Origin: Octopus bimaculoides
Taxonomy: Eukaryota
Assembly (NCBI RefSeq): GCF_001194135.2
Contig: NC_069004.1
Location: forward strand, 34,191,553 to 34,255,552
Direction of reading: 5' to 3'
DNA length: 64,000 nt
The notes beneath the pieces were generated by a model. The model saw nothing but the letters and a program-made list of their open reading frames with translations. It was not told the origin of the DNA and did no database searches. Position numbers and translations under genes: made by a program. Below, piece after piece: positions 63,120 through 64,000 of the stretch (positions are counted from its first letter, which is position 1; each line of letters begins with the position of its first letter).

Positions 63120-64000
63120 CAAGCGAATATACACATTGTTATACACGCATATACATACAGACTTAACGCAGTCCTTCTGAAGATAATGTTATAATGCGGT
63201 TATGCAAATATTTTAAATTAAAATATTAATTGAAATACAAATTTTCAAGAATATCTTAAAAAACATTAACTGTTACCTTAATACTTCTATGAATGTTCAC
63301 AGCTTTATTTATTTTTTTTCAAATTTATTACCTTCGCAGATTTACATATATAACATTAAAACGACTTTCCCTAGAAATGTTTACACATATTTCTCATTTC
63401 TAAACCACACCACCGACCAGCGTTGGTATAAATTTGATTTAATATTTTATGAACCAGATGAAATCTTTCAATAAAATTTTCAATAAAGTTACAACTTTAT
63501 ATAACCATTTATTTTGGTGGATTCCTGGCATTTTGGTCTTTTTTTTTAATTACAATTCATAGCTAAAGTTATTAATCTTGCGCAATAGTGTGTAGAAATG
63601 TACAGGAAAAAGTGATCCACATGATATATATATATACATGGTATCTGTGTATGTATATAAAATTTACTCCCACATATATGTGTGTGTGTATATATATGTA
63701 TATAAAATTTACTCAAAAATGTATAAATGTATATATATATATATATATATGTTTGTGTGTGTGTATACAGTCCTTACAGTGCGATTGGAGATAGAAATTG
63801 TCCAGTCCAAATGTATGCAAACACTTCTTGAAAAGATCACTGCTTGACGGAAAACTTGCACTTGTTTCAGTTGCAAAAATCTTTCAATATCGTTTTATTT
63901 CAGTAAACTCCATTCAGACGAACACGTGCTTAGATAAAAAAAAAACCCAAAAAACAAACATTTCGTTTGCTTCAGTGTATATAGAAAAAGTGAAGGGAAA

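Noticed and set aside
1091-63847. The many Y/I/C/V/H/T-rich ORFs in the supplied track
   Set aside because: They are translations of (TA)n, (TG)n and (CA)n microsatellites with no splice signals or domain motifs.

Overview
AT-rich, microsatellite-saturated, gapped eukaryotic scaffold. The three recurring tRNA-derived SINE families and the (TA)n/(CA)n density are what I expect of an Octopus (coleoid cephalopod) genome; this is an inference, not a database match. Only one host gene is supported: a minus-strand fasciclin (FAS1)-domain protein. Two of its exons are visible, 57344-57179 (H1 motif) and the terminal exon 45988-45561 (H2 motif, His/Arg/Thr/Pro-rich stalk, hydrophobic C-terminus). The linking exon(s) probably lie in an assembly gap. 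The rest is transposon debris: about 30 SINE copies, two Tc1/mariner fossils, R4/Dong-like and RTE-like LINE fragments, a Helentron-type non-autonomous element, an hAT-like MITE and several Penelope-like (PLE) RT and GIY-YIG fragments. The most striking unexplained structure is a set of type I hammerhead ribozyme motifs from several unrelated sequence families. They have palindromic helix III and often sit in fold-back or tandem repeats. The best cases are an intact canonical hammerhead at 23444-23515 within a 415-nt direct repeat, and an 83-bp-arm hairpin at 54474-54648 carrying one hammerhead on each strand inside the FAS1 intron. Nearly all ORFs in the supplied track are microsatellite or gap artefacts. 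No CRISPR array, rRNA or true tRNA gene was seen.
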